A DNA stretch of 64,000 nucleotides from Iphione sp. A-MEVVRFRX5 (Eukaryota), in contig OZ320317.1 in assembly GCA_976226885.1 (NCBI GenBank), positions 40,858,001 to 40,922,000 on the forward strand, given 5' to 3'. The translations under genes and the position numbers were made by a program. A model generated the notes under the pieces. The model did not search any database and was not told the DNA's origin. It was given only the letters and a program-made list of their open reading frames with translations. Positions 19,716 to 33,672 of this stretch are shown here, in pieces. Within the stretch, counting starts at the first letter, position 1. Every line of letters begins with the position of its first letter.

Positions 19716-22366
19716 ATACTTATCTTTGGCAGAAGGGTGAGTAGCTGGCCAAGTGTCTGACCTAGTTTCCAGCCGAGCATATTTTAATACATTTGAGAAT
19801 ACAGGAACACATTTTGGTACATCTGCTATCATGTGTTCGTACTTTAGCCAATAAAAAGATTAGGTCTCCATCCTACATTAACCCTATCAGGACACCTCCT
19901 TTGTGTTCAGATATAGTTCAGATTAGCCATAAGGGACTGTTCATAACTTGACGCATGAATATTGTACTAGACAAAGATACAAAATAGATAAAAAGAAACC
20001 CAACGGTCATGAAAAGCCATTAAGATGGTCACATCAGCAACTGAACATAATGTATCAAGCTAGTGTATAATATTAAAGACACTTTATCAACCGGCCACGT
20101 GTTTGCTACCATATGTATGTTCCCTTTTTGATGAACTTTAGGAGTGTTCTCATAGTCTTAAGATAGTTAATGAACTAAGACAACACATTAATTATATCAA
20201 TATCAAAAAATATGAAACGCTAGTACATACACTATTCACTTTTGTAGTGATTGCCCTATACGTAATTTTCGTCTCTCTAGTCATCTATATTCCCGGAAAA
20301 CAGATTAATTATATAAGTACTTTCGTTTCCCTAATCATTTGTATTCTCTGAGGAAAGGGCGGGTAAATAATAAAGCACTTAGATAAGCGAGACGATATAC
20401 TTCATTATCGTAGTAAATTAGTCCTTACCATCTCTTCAGAATAATTCAAGTCGTCCTAATAGAAGGCATCTCGTTATGCAGGGCCTCCCTATCCTTCCAT
20501 AAAACTCATATGAAGTCTCTACCTGTGTATTAGATCTGCACATAGACCCGTGAATAAAGCTAATGACTTACCGCCCACAATCCTCCCCAATCTACCTGCC
20601 ACCTATTCTCTATCGCTGTAAGATAGAACGCCAAGGACCCGCGGACACGTATTGGGTGTAGTGCATATAGAGGTAGCCATGCCCCACGGGAAAAGAGAGC
20701 AAATTTGAGCATTCGGCCATGATTGACCTGCCCCTCAGCCGTCAAGCCATTTGCCACCCTCCCCTCGCCTTCCCTGGCGCTCTTCTTTCTCTCGGTCAAC
20801 TAGTCTCAGTGCCTCCATACTACCCCGGAGGGGCCTGTAGAAGCGAATATACCGCTGTCAGCTTTACCCATTCTACACGCTCCATCTCAAGCCGCATACC
20901 GCCAGTTAAAAGTTGCCCTCACCCTATCTTCTCGTCTACCACCGTTTCTAGAATAAACATCATATTAAATGGTAGACTTAACATTGTGTAATTCCGAGTG
21001 GATATCAGTTGGGGCTCTATTAAATAATAGCTCAAAGGGCATGTGTTTTCCCAGAAGAACCTACTCTAACAAATTCTATTAGTTTTAATTTACAGGACAG
21101 ATTGCTTCGTAGCTGTATGCCTCAAAGTTACCCCTCTCGCATCTTCACTCCGAATAATTCCATTTCACCACCTGCTCGTTGACTGGTTCTCGGTTCTTAC
21201 TAAGCAAGCAGTCTACATTCCGCGTTGACGAACGTCTCTTTTCTCGTCTTCCTAAGTGACCTACATTAGTATCTTCCGCCTGTTACGCTAGAAAGGAGGT
21301 TGTGTCAGGTAGAGTGGTGCTATTAGCGCAGTTGCAGAATTAATTTCAGCTTTAGAAAACAGAGTTATTCAAGCCAGGAGGACCTAAGTCCCACTTTCCA
21401 AGTATATGGAATTTTTTCCGCACAACATGGTCGTCTGCAAAATTGGCCCATTTTCCACACCTCTCCAGAGAGGTGCTTTCCATCTACATGGAGAGAAGCA
21501 GCCGAAACGTGACCGAGAAGCAACCAAAAAGCTGATAGGAAAAAGTATGAAAATTGACAAATTTGATGGGAATAGCAGCAAGAACTGGAAAATTAGAATA
21601 AGGATGACAACTTGTGAGGAAATGTGCTGATATTGGTGCTGAAAAATGCCGATTGTGATATAAACCTGCGGATTTGTGGCATGAACTTGCCAATTCGGAG
21701 TCAGGAGAAATTTATGGACGCTGTTCTTTTTTGGTCCCCGGATAGCTCTGGTCTTGGAGCCTGGAGCCTGGAGCCTGGAGGCTCGGAATAAGCTTCATAC
21801 TTTTTGCTTTGATCGTTTTCCCCTATGCATATGTATGCAGCGTCCAGTAAAAAAAGTCCATACACATGAAAAGCAATCCTTAGTTACCATTAGGCAAGCG
21901 GATAAGCAGACTGAAGAGGGGGAGGTAAGGCGACAGAGATGAGAAGCAGAAGAGCAGGAAAATTGCCAGAAAATATCAAGAATAGGGAAAGCAAAAGAAA
22001 AAGAAGTAATACTAAAAGGGGATTGCTTGGGGAGAGATTGAAAGGACACAAACAAAAGAAATTAGACTAACATTAAGGCTGACAAGAAAATTTAGATGTA
22101 AAAGGAAGGGAAAACTAACAGAAACAATTATCATTGACATGTCCGGTAACTGGGATACATTACTGCCCACTTAAAAACTGACCTCAAGCCATACTAATGC
22201 ATCTTACGTTATGTGATAAAGCCATGTAAAATGCTATCCCCATGGACCAGAATTATCCACACACAAATTGTGGCATGTGCGTGCAGCCTGGACCTGCCCA
22301 TAACAGGTGGCGGGGTCTATCCCCATGTACACAAACTATACGCACTGTCTTCCTGATTTGTGTGTA

Positions 22367-23010
22367 GGGGAAAGGTGGGTTTTTTGGACCAGTGGGTAAA
22401 TTGGACCACATCAAGATCTCTGATTTTCAGGCAAGGAAGGAATATGAGCACCATCCAACAACAAGGGATATAACTACACAATGTCTCAGAACTAAAATAT
22501 AGTGGCTTCAAAAGAACATGTGCCAAGCTGAAAAACATTATTCATTTTACCTCTCACTGATCCAGTTTTATCAATTATATTTGGCAACGTAGTTGCAAGC
22601 AGAAAGTACATAGACCCCTATCATAACTTTATATCAATACTGTTTCACCCAGAAGCAATACTAACACCAAGTTTAGTCTCTGTCATCTACACAAAAATGA
22701 GCAGAAAACATTTTTCCTGGAGATTGGTGTGTGGGTTACATTTTTAGGACCTAGATTCATTTTACACCTGACTGAGCAGACTATGGCACCCGGTCCAATT
22801 TACCCTCCCTGTTGGGTAAACTCTACTAGTCATAAAAAATTTTCAATTGCATTTTACTCAAAAACTAATCTAACTAAAATCCCCCCAGTTTGTTCAAATA
22901 TGTTGCAGCCCCTATTGCTTCAACATAAGCAAAGTATTTGGACAGTGGCTTAGACATTTTGCTTTTAGTGCATATTTTTCTTAGGGGGTCCAAATTACCC
23001 ACCCTTCCCT
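22367..23010. mobile_element. MITE with ~24-bp TIRs and TA target duplication (Tc1/mariner-pogo-like, inferred)
   Basis: ta|ggggaaaggtgggttttttggacc ... ggtccaaattacccacccttccct|ta; internal ggtccaatttacc motifs. Confidence 0.7.
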
Positions 23011-23027
23011 TACGTGTGTGTGTGTGC

Positions 23028-23200
23028 ATATCTCACTGGATTCCTGTCAAATTTGTGTAGATAATGTGTTTTTTATGTAGATCTCACTGGACTCCTGTCA
23101 AATTTATGTAGATAATGTGTTTTTGTGCAGATCTCACTAAATTCCTGTCAAATTTGTGTAAATGATGTGCTTTTTATACAGATCTCATTAAAGTCCTGTC
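23028..23200. repeat. ~50-bp minisatellite, about 3.5 copies, followed by (TTCTA)n
   Basis: Unit agatctcactggactcctgtcaaatttatgtagataatgtgtttttgtgc. Confidence 0.85.
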
Positions 23201-24999
23201 TATTTTACTCTGTTCTGTTCTATTCTATTCTATTCTATTCCCAGCACGCATAAGGTGGTGGGGTCTGGGAAGACCGGACAACAAGGGATCAGCACGCACA
23301 GAGTGGCGGGTCTGGGTTATACATGCACATGATAATAATTATATCTTAACTGCTTGGGCCGGACCTCCCACACTCCACACACAGAGTGGTGGGTCCAGAA
23401 ATTTTGTGCACATGGAGATAGCGCTTAATGTGGCTAAAATGCACTAACAATTTGTGCATGTTGACTTTATTCAAAAGTCATTTTACACTTTGGTTCGTAC
23501 TAGTAATGTAAATCATTGACCTATTGGAAGGTTTCCAACAGGGACATAGACTGACCAGAAGATAGAGGCAAAGACCACGTGAAAAGGAAATTGGGTCATG
23601 GGAAAACAAAAGGTAAGGAAACTAGTATTTAGTAAGAGAGAATCCAGGGGAAAGAAAGGGAAATGTGGCATGGGGATGGACTGGACGCATGATAATGAAA
23701 AGAACAAATTGTGGCTGATATGCGGATAGACAAGGAATAGCGTGCCAAGAGACATCCACATGAATGCGCTAGAGAAAGGTCTGGCATTGAAAGCCCGACT
23801 ATCGAATTAGATGTGAGCTCCGTAGTAGGGGAGAGATGGACATTGAGCATCGTGTTTGCTTAGCATGGTGCAGTCTGTAGCTACACTACTATAGGGCCGT
23901 GCGATCACGGCCCCTACCTCATCTAGCCGGATGAATAATTGAGTGCGCTCCCTTCCTCTTGCCGCCATAGGACGGTTGTCACTGACCCACTGGACCCGAT
24001 GTTTACCTCATGTAGTCCGGCTCGTACCTTCTGTTTGCTGACCGGCCCAGTCAGCCCAGCCAGCCTGGCAGCCAGCCAGTTACCTTCGGCAGCTTCTCTC
24101 TCTTGTTTTTATTCGGTTTCAGTTTCTGTCCCGGCTTCTACAAGAGGACCTTTTATAGCTTACTATTCCCGCAGTATCTGAGACATCTGTCTTAGATGCT
24201 ACATCACCCTGCTAGATGTATCAAATACTATTCATACCGACGCAATATCAACAGGTTTCCATTTTTCCTGCCTTATTGTATCCATGTACGTGAAATTGAT
24301 GTCTACCCTACTACCTTCATCTGTAAAATACATAAATGTATACCCTTACATTAGTATCTAACAGTATTTACCAAATAAAGCCTTGGGAATCATGAAATAC
24401 TAAACGGAAACAGAAATCCACATTAACTTTGTCGTTTATTGCTTATTTCGTAATTTATTGTGTAATGTACAGTCAATGATGAAAAGCTTTGTCGAATGTA
24501 CGATGATGACTTGTTGACAATAAACAAAATTCAGGATTCAATCTTGTTATCATTGAATAGATTTCATTGAACATGGTATGGCTATGAGGGAGATAGACAA
24601 TTTCAGTCTAAGAATATTTGGCTACTTCGACGTCTCCTCTCTCATTGTTTTTTTCACTCAGGCATCTAAGCTTCCTACTTGTCACCCCTATCCTGGGGGC
24701 CCTTTTCGATACGTACTGGCACTATGGAATGTGACGTAGTTATGACGTATTCTTATAGGCGGGGAGGGTATTTTAGTACGTCAAAACTTACCGCTTTGAC
24801 GATTTAAGTTATCAAATGTTCTTTCTGTTGTGATATTTCAGTTGTCCATTCAGAATTAAGTCAGTACTCATGTTGATTATAAGTTTTACAATTATTATAA
24901 GTTTATGAAAGAATATAACTTGGAATTCGATATCAGGTAGGTTTCTCGCTCTGTACATCTTTGCTTTTATGCATAAACATCACTATGTATATTTGATCA

Positions 25000-25420
25000 C
25001 ACATCACCAGAGCCTCTTCCCATGTAAATTCAGTATACAAATTATTTCAAATCAAAGAATAGTCATCTTTATATACTTTCTCGAAATATTAAATTCCAAG
25101 TAATATATTTATGATACGCCATTGTATCATAAAATCTAATGCTTCAAGGTATTACCCGCTGTTTCCGCAGGGCTGCTCGAACGCCTATGCCGATGTGTGC
25201 CTGGGGCGGCCTGTGGGCATTAGTTGCCTGTATAGCGTTAAAAGTGAAGCATACAATGTAAAACGCGTTGTTAGATATGTTTAAGGTAGTTACCCTTGGA
25301 CTCTTGTTCCCCTCTATATTATTCATAAATACTTGATTTTCAGCTATTGAGATGTGGCCAAAATTAAAAGCGGAATCAATGGCTTCTCTCTGGTAGTCAT
25401 AGTTAAACCGTAGTACCAAT
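25000..25420 (-). pseudogene. Possible Polinton/adintovirus-like major capsid C-terminal remnant
   Basis: SAFNFGHISIAENQVFMN...P..TLN....FY..F...IGI and downstream WNLIFRESI..YSLI resemble the recalled C-terminal pattern of these capsids; stops present. Confidence 0.3.
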
Positions 25421-27843
25421 GCCTGCTATGGTTATGTCATATTTCGTTGAGCAACGCTCGCTGTGGTCATTAGGTGAGAAACTAATAGTTCCTTTATTTT
25501 GAAAGAGGAAGTCGGACTATAGGAGACTGCTTTGTAGGTCTACATTGCCTATTTTGATGTCAGCACTCTAACACACCTTCAGTTATAGATCTAATTGTAT
25601 GTGTGAAAATGCATAAGAAAAACTATTGTTATGAGTTTGCATCTAAATATTGCTCATTTCTTAGGGGGCCCTGTAACCCCTTGGCCCCCGCCTTTTATCC
25701 CATCCATCCATGAATTAAAAGCATTTTTACAACAAACGCTAGTAAAATATACTTCACGTGAACTGCATATAGTTGTGCACACTATCGTACAAGTTTACCA
25801 AAATAAAAGGCGTGATAATTGTTGGGATGAAAACTACGCAAGAAGATTTCCGGAATTGGTGAAAAAGTGAACACAGCACTAAATAATTTACCCGCTCCCA
25901 CTCATGCTCCCGCCGCCATTGCTAGCAACTGTAAACACTGAGTCAGGAAGGCAGGTGGAATGAGCTGCGTGTAAGGCCTGCACGCATGCGCAGTAAAATC
26001 AATCATAAATGGCGAGCGTGCGCACACGGAAGTAGTTCATCCCGGGACCACCGCTAGGCAAGGGTTGGATCATCAAGGGACATGGGAGCCGGTCAAAATG
26101 GGGGTCATTAGCAGATGGAGAGGTGGGGAACGAGGAGGTACAGGGGAAAATGGGAGTGGCCATCAAGGAACACAAAGGGTAGCATTTTGGAAGGGGTAGG
26201 ATGGACACTGGGTAGGTTAAGGGCAGAAACATAGGTAGAGAGAAAAGGAACAGATGGTAGAGGAAAAGAGAGCTACCGAGGAGGGAAAGAGTAATTAAGA
26301 GAGGAGTTGCTAACAGGAAATATAAGTTGCTGTGAAGAAAGGGTGGTAGGTATGATTGAGCAGGAAAGAGAAAAGACATGCATATGAACATACAGAAAAT
26401 GCAAGAGAAACAGAATGGTATGGGAATAGGGGAACAGAGAGAGTCAAATAAACAGCAGACAGACGATGAGTTGCCTTCCCCTAAAATAATAGTTAGCTCA
26501 CCCAGATAAAAATACAGGTACCATAGAGTCATCTCCGCCAGTATTTTTGTCCTATGTTAAAAGCATTCTGGCGCATAGCTCAATACAACCAATTACAATA
26601 AATATTTCCTGGACAAATAGTCCACGAGAAGTACGGATCACTGTGGCTGAATCATGTAGCTTGTCATGGCACTTTCAGCATACCAGGACCCTTTATCTCG
26701 TTGTTTACGTGTCTCTGATGTATCGTGTAGCTGCACGTTTGCTTCTGTGTGTATGTGTGTTTGAACAGTTGTACGGATCTTGGTGGAGATAAACTGTAGT
26801 ATTTACACTACTCATGTTCAGAGCCCGCGGCTCTGCTGTAGAGCGCATGTTAATGTATTTATTTACATTTTTGCACGCATTTTTCCGTCTAATGTGTTTC
26901 AATAAAAAAGAGATATACTCTCCATCCACCATTCCTATTTACAACATGACTTTACATGTAGTGTGTGCCAAGCTTTTATGGAGAGTTATCGGTTTGTGAG
27001 CTTTTATGAATTGTCATTTATTATTCTTCGGCCATTCCCGCCACTCCCGTCGTGCCAATGCATTTTTTACTTACCGTCCATCACAAGCAGGGCTGTTAAG
27101 GTTGTAGTGGACCCTTCTGGCGACCTTCAGTGGCGCCTCCTGGGAGTAGTGCCCCCTGGCGATTTCCACTCTAAATTAAGACCACATGGTGCCACAGGTT
27201 AATTACGGCGAGTGAATGAGGCTCTTAATACCAAGGAATATTGTGGCAATGAAAGCAGTCAGAGACATACAAGAGGACCTGGCATTCAAATCAGAAAACT
27301 AGTAATCGTCTGCGGTCATACTACTCTCATTAATCCGGCGAAACCTCCTGCATAATGCTATTTCAACATGTTACATCTTTGATCGTGTAATTCTTAAACA
27401 CTGTGCCTTCCCGTACCTGATATTCAAATATAATACCATTCAATGGTGTTGGTCTTGGAATGTTGTCCTAGAATTGAAATTCACCGCTGTTGAGCATTGG
27501 TCTAATAAATTGGCATGGAAATGCGCGTGCCTTGTCATGAAATAATTTTGATTTATGTAAAACTAATCGATTATCAAATCAATACTGTGCAAATGACAAA
27601 GGGATATCAAAAGCTTCCTATGGTACGAAACGAACATTAGTAGTAGCCTACTTTTCAATCTAAATATGATTCGAACGTATTGATGTTATCGCCATCATGT
27701 CAGTTTCTCTTTAATAATAAATATATTCACATGAATGTAATATTGGTTGATGGTGATGTAATATTTATTGTAAATGCAGACCAAACCGTACAGCAAACAG
27801 AGGCAATGACTAAAGTCTTAGTACAACTATACTCTACACACTA

Positions 27844-28060
27844 CTAGAATGTCCGTGTTCTTTTGCTATTTGCCGTTCGACAAAAACATGCACCTCCTCT
27901 GTCTGGATGACACTTTTTGTTGTTAATCATCATTGTGACATCAATCCTTTGATACAGGTATATTAGGAAAAGATCATTTGCCCTCTCTAACCTCATGTAT
28001 GTAAGTCTTTGCTTTGATTTACAAAGATTGCTATATGCACTAGGATAACCTCCAATGCAA
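27844..28060 (-). pseudogene. hAT transposase C-terminal dimerization domain remnant
   Basis: SAYSNLCKSKQRLTYMRLERANDLFLIYLY...FCRTANSKRTRTF* resembles FS.L..IK..LR..M..ERLN.L.L.....F...K.RR. Confidence 0.4.
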
Positions 28061-30199
28061 CGCCTGTTTACTCTGACAGGGCCGGCGAAAGCTTGTGTCC
28101 TCCACCCCTCCAATCCGAAAGCCACCCGGTCTCCGCTAATTACATGAATACCTTCGTAAACTCTTCGACCGGCACGGCATGTAGCATTGAACTGTTGACT
28201 TATCAATAAAGGAAACTCTACCTTTCTGCTGATTACTTCAGCTTCTTTCTCCCTGTATCAGCTAACGACCCAACGAGTTTTTATTTCCTCTACCTGAAGA
28301 TTTTCTCCAACCTTTATGTCACCATCCCATTACTTAAACCCTCACCTACATCTTCAAACAGAAGAAACCGAGCGCCTTCTCCATCCGAGTGGTCTCTGTC
28401 AGTTATATTATCTGGGATTAGTCAAAACTTTGTAACATGTCAATGTCTAAGTGAGCTCTGGCTTGCAAAGAGTTAAAGAGAAAACAAAAATAAAGAGTCT
28501 GGTTCACTCCAATAACACCAAAATAGATGTGCATGGGGTGATCTGTCTCACATGTGCAAGGAGAAAGGGTCTGTTTATTCAGAAAAACATGGCATTTATA
28601 TAATACAGTGTTACATAAAAATTGCTAAAAATAGAATACTGTCTAGATATATGTCTGGACTGGAGGAAACTGGACACTACTTAATCCTGTTGCATCATAG
28701 ATGACATCTACGCAGTTACCCTACTACCGTATATTTGTCTGTGCAATACAATCCATGATGAAATGGATCATCTCAGATGGATTGCCTGATTTGGATCATC
28801 TGAAATGGATTACCCTGAACCAGATCACATGCTTACATACATACACACAATACATTTTCCTATATGAGTACAGTACAGTAGTGGAAGCACTTGCCGTTGT
28901 TTTCCTGGTTCGAACTGTTCCTTCTTGCACTCTCTTGGTATTCTTCTTCTTTTCATTCTTTTTCCTATTGTATTTCGTTCTCTTCCCTCTTCATCTTCTT
29001 CCTTTCCTTTTTATTTCTGCAGTGTCACTCCTGTTGTTCTTGTATTTAATCTTGCATTCATATTGTAGATGTGATATCTTTAGTTTTATTCCGCGGTGAT
29101 ATCTGTCACAAACAGCCTGCTTGAGATATGTGCGGCGTATACTGTCCTGCCGACAGCAAAAATTAATAGGCAACCAGTCACTCCGGATAACCTTTATAAA
29201 AGTTGATAGTACTATCGCTCGCTCTAACTTTGTTGATCTAACACGAAAACAGGATGTAAAAGTAAAGTTCACCTATTCACTGACGTCATTATTATGAGCT
29301 CAGCCTCCGATGGGAGTCACTTGACTATAATTTCCAGGGAGTCCATTTTAAATTGACAACCTCTTGCACATGACGCCGTTACCTGCTGCCAGAGGTCGGG
29401 CAAGGTAATGTGTCACTCGTGGCTTTACGGCGCGAATGTGGAAGGAGACTCCGACTGTGAGGTGCTGGCAATTTAATCATGACAACAGGCATTAGGCAGA
29501 CGAACACTTGAAACTGCTTTAAGGAGTTGGAGCGAGTGACGATGGTAGGTTCGGTTGTTAGGTGCAGGAAGGGTGTTGGAAAGGAGGTGCACTGGAGTAA
29601 GTTTAGAAATTCTTTCTCGAAATTGCGGCTCTGTGTGTCTGTTCCCTTACCTGTCCCTCTGCGTTTATAGTGAATTCTGGAATTCTGGAAAATAGTGTCG
29701 TTGAAGTGCTGAATAATTCTGTTCTTATGTTCATCTACTCAAGCCAATCATTTTGAAGTAATACCCATCATTTAAAAATGCGTATTTGTGTTCCTGCCTT
29801 CGACCACCGTATAGTTTAAACGAAATAGAACACTACTATATTAGTGTGCAAACATGCAAACTGCATCTCACTTTAGGCTGATAATTAGATGACACTTCAG
29901 TTCACCCTTACAAATAGAAGAAATTGACATGACTTGTATATCCAAACGGATGTACTGGCATTGTAGTAACAAAGGCTGAAACTATCTCATCAAACACGTA
30001 ACACCTTAAAAGTGTTCGTATGGGACATAATCTAGCTACAATATTATGATTACGAATTGTGACAACCATTGTGGGACACAACGCTATCAATTGTCCCTTA
30101 TAGAAGCAAAGGCTAAAAGAACCACAGTCATTACAAAACTTTAATGATAAGAATAGTCTGGTAACCCTTGCATATTATAATATGACCAAGTGTGAACAC

Positions 30200-31500
30200 T
30201 GAGGAGTCAGAGTACTTTACTCCTTGATCTCGTACGCGAAATTTTACTGCATCCATTAGCTTCAAATGCTTAGATTTTATTTACTGTTGTCAATCCACAC
30301 AGCTATAACAAACCTTAGAAAGGAACATATTAGTTTTGCATTTGCCTACCCTAATGTGAGTAGAGGTAGCTGGACACACATTTTAAGGTAATATGACTAA
30401 ACATCATCACATCATATGTTTACAAATAGTGACTCCTTTGGTATTGAAATCGAATATTGCACCATCTGAGATGCTGTGATCAAATCGATACGGCTGATGT
30501 TTGTATAGAAAAATCTATTTGTTAACATAGTAGGTTTCGGACTGTTTTGTTAGTATCCCTGACCAAGGGGCCAATCATTTGCACAGTCTTACTGATTAAT
30601 AGTTGTTTAAATCTCGGTAGAACCTATTTACTAGAGATGTACCTTATACTTCTCACTCGTATTTATCTGTATTTTAATATGCAGTGTTTAATACCTGAGG
30701 ACCCTTTATTCTACCATGAATCAGATACAGGCCTATGGTATAGGGATGTCACTAAAGCCTTCGACAGTGTGGCCACCGTGGTTGTTGACATCAAGTGTTT
30801 GACCTTGGCTATTTGTCTAGGGGTGCCACCTCCGGAGAACAGGCTAACGAAAACCAAAGAAGAAGAAGAAAATGTAGAAGAGATAATCTGTCTAGCTTTT
30901 AAGCTGGATCTTCTTGTCAATTTTTTGCAGTATTTATCTTAATTTCTTTGCTTCCAGGCAAATACCCTGATCGACATTTGTGGTTCACAATGACATTCAT
31001 GTGATCTTTTTCGAAGCTTTTTTACTAGCTGTATCTTTCAGCTGCGACTTTCTGGACAAGAGACCTCAGCTATAGCAGGACCCTAGTCATGGTTACCACA
31101 TCGATGTTATCTGCATAGGTAACAGATTTGCAAATTTTAGGAAACCTTCCATTTAGGAAACAAATAGTTTTTAGGAAACAAAGTGGGCCAAGATTGCTAT
31201 CTTGGGAGGTATCATGTTGATTTGGTAATGCCGTGAGAGAGATCCATTCGCATTTTCTTGCAGATGATGATTACAAAAATAGTCTTTAGTCAGCTTAATC
31301 AGATGTGCTGCACCCCAAGAACTAGGAAGTCTTCAGATAAGAATGCTCCTTGCTTCTAGATCAAAAGCCTTTCATAATTTAAACATTAATACCCAACATG
31401 GCACCTTTTTTGCATGCTCCAAAATGCTGAACTCCCGTTTAAAATGATCTGAAGAAGGAAATCTAAGAGACGTTATAAGTTACATTTCATGTTTAAATAC
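30200..31500 (-). pseudogene. Decayed LINE (L2/CR1-like) reverse transcriptase
   Basis: KAFDL...IL..L...G, DYFCN..Q...NGS.S, DTSQDSNLGPTLF (GVPQGS.LGP.LF), YADN, KHLMSTTTVATLSKALVTSL. Confidence 0.8.
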
Positions 31501-32760
31501 ACAGCAGCTGGACTGAATTCACTGTGGATTTTTACATATGGCTACCCAACAGCAGATACCTAAATAATTATGTACGCATTCAAACTTGTACCCCACTTTG
31601 TGTTCAAACCTAACTCTTATAGAATGAAAACAGGGTTACATCTTACTTGGCTAATTCAAATCACACTAAACAACCACAACCCTGTAACACAGTTGATGTG
31701 TGGATATTGTATCGTTCTGGAGAGGGTGCAGTTTTGTGCAGGTATGCCTGTATCCATGTTCTAACACATGTACACATACGCAAACTCCATATACAGGTTT
31801 GTGGAAACGTAGGCAAGGGTCACTACTTAATCTCCCTACCCTCGTCCATTAACTTATACCGAATTCTGTGAAATTCCCTCCTTCCTTCCCTCCCGCAGGT
31901 ATTCGACCTTGCCTTCCTAGTCAACGCCTTAAATCATCCTTACCTGCAGCCTCTGCAAAATGGCTGCAAATATAAGTTGTTACAATTTAAATATGTGTCC
32001 CCTAATTGTTATGATATAAATTTCATGGTGAAAGTATACATGTACTTGACATCTGAAGACACTTCTTTTTAACAATAAATGATGATATTTCTAATTTTTA
32101 ACACTCGTTGTGGTTGCAGAGAATATAGCATCTCTCTTTCTTAGATGTATGGCATGTAACTATGACTATCTTAAAGTCCTTAATTGTGAGGGAATGGGTA
32201 AAATGAAAAGGTGCAAAACGTACAAAATTGCGTTCTAGACGCACTTCCTAATAGGCGGCCACACATTTTCATCGATACAAAATTGTACAGCCCAGCCAGC
32301 ACACAACGTTTTATAAACGTTTTATAACGTTTTTATTTGGTTACAACGTTTGCAACCATTTTACAACGTTTTAAGAACGTTTTTATTTGGTTACAATGTT
32401 TGCAACCATTTTACAACATTTTAAGAACGTTTTTAGTTGGTTGCAACATTTGCAACCACTTTACAACATTTTAAGAACGTTTTTATTTGGTTACAAAGTT
32501 TGCAACCATTTTCTAGTTCAAAGCAAATATTGTAAACTTTCCAAGTCCAAATCATGTAAGAAGAAGTTTACATCATCACATAGTCATGTCCAAACTCTCA
32601 TTTATCCATATCTGTATATATGTAAAATATGTAAATATTGTATATTTGATGTACATAGCAATTAAGTAAAATGACAAATATCAATGAAGTCAAGTCCTGG
32701 AACCAAAGGAACACCAGGGGAATTATGTGAATAAAAAAATGTTACAACATGTTAAGCATA

Positions 32761-33160
32761 TACAGGCAGCACCTGGAGTTGTGTGAGGACGTCTGTGAGC
32801 CACAGGAGGGCGACCAAGTGTACAGGGAGCACAGGGAGTGGTGTGAGGACGTCTGCGAGTGACAGGAGGGTGACCAAGTATCCAGGTAGCACATGGAGAG
32901 GTGTGAGGACGTCTGTGGGCGACAGGAGGGTGACCTAGTGTACAGGTAGCACCTGTAGAGGGGTGGGGACGTCTGTGAGCCACAGGAGGCCGACCCAGTA
33001 TACAGGTAGCACCTGGAGTGGTGTGAGGACGTCTGTGAGCCACAGGAGGGCGACCAAGTGTACAGGGAGCACAGGGAGTGGTGTGAGGATGTCTGAGAGT
33101 GACAGGAGGGTGACCAAGTATTCAGGTAGCACTTGGAGTGGTGTCAAGTTGTCTGTGAGC
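32761..33160. repeat. GC-rich 60-bp minisatellite, about 6.7 copies, inside the TIR element
   Basis: Units align exactly at period 60; units 1-2 recur as units 5-6. Confidence 0.95.
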
Positions 33161-33175
33161 TGCTTCCTTTGTACA

Positions 33176-33268
33176 GCCTCTGTGGAGCAGTGGATAGGAG
33201 TGCCAGCCTTACCATGGAAAGGGAAAGGACCCAGGTTCAAATCCACCTCAGACCTCACACACTTTTTT
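33176..33268 (+). other. tRNA-like Pol III cassette (A box, B box, T6) inside the TIR element
   Basis: TGGAGCAGTGG at 33183, GGTTCAAATCC at 33234, TTTTTT at 33263; acceptor and T stems imperfect. Confidence 0.6.
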
Positions 33269-33672
33269 CAAAAATGTTCTAAAAAACGTTTTTAAAAAAC
33301 GTTTTTAGAACGTTTTTAAAAAAACGTTCTAAAAACGTTTTCTTATGTAGTTAGGAAAACATTATACAAACTTTCATTTACAACGTTTTAACAACGTTTT
33401 TTTACAATGTTTTTACAACGTTTTTAAAACGTTTCTGTGTTGGCTGGGAGAATGCCTTCATTGTTTATCAATACAATTTCATGCCTGTAAGTGGAATTAC
33501 ATTGATATATCCGTAGTAAATGACCTAAACATTGATGACTACCATAGGAAGCAAGGTAAATTTGTTTTAATCTCAGTATAATTGAGCAACATGTCTTCTC
33601 CTTTAAAAACCCTCTGCCACAAAATTAGACAGCGATAGCTAGAAACCCAATCAGGATGGCGTATTTCCTTAA

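Larger units (their letters stand above)
32291..33448. mobile_element. Non-autonomous TIR element (CACTA/EnSpm-like CCCAGC termini, 2-bp AG TSD)
   Basis: ag|cccagccagcacac...ctgtgttggctggg|ag (12/14 TIR match); AACGTT-rich subterminal repeats at both ends, with a 50-bp unit about 4 times at 32326-32514. Confidence 0.8.

Noticed and set aside
30547-30942. Plus-strand ORF containing DVTKAFDSV, an RT-like motif
   Set aside because: No other RT motifs in that frame; the minus strand carries the ordered LINE RT motifs, so this is an antisense coincidence
31885-31950. Minus-strand tRNA/SINE-head-like sequence (ggtcgaatacc)
   Set aside because: B box imperfect, no convincing A box or cloverleaf
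32723-33295. 60-bp array as a 20-aa repeat protein or as a CRISPR array
   Set aside because: Variation is not biased to third codon positions, there are no unique spacers or cas genes, and the context is eukaryotic
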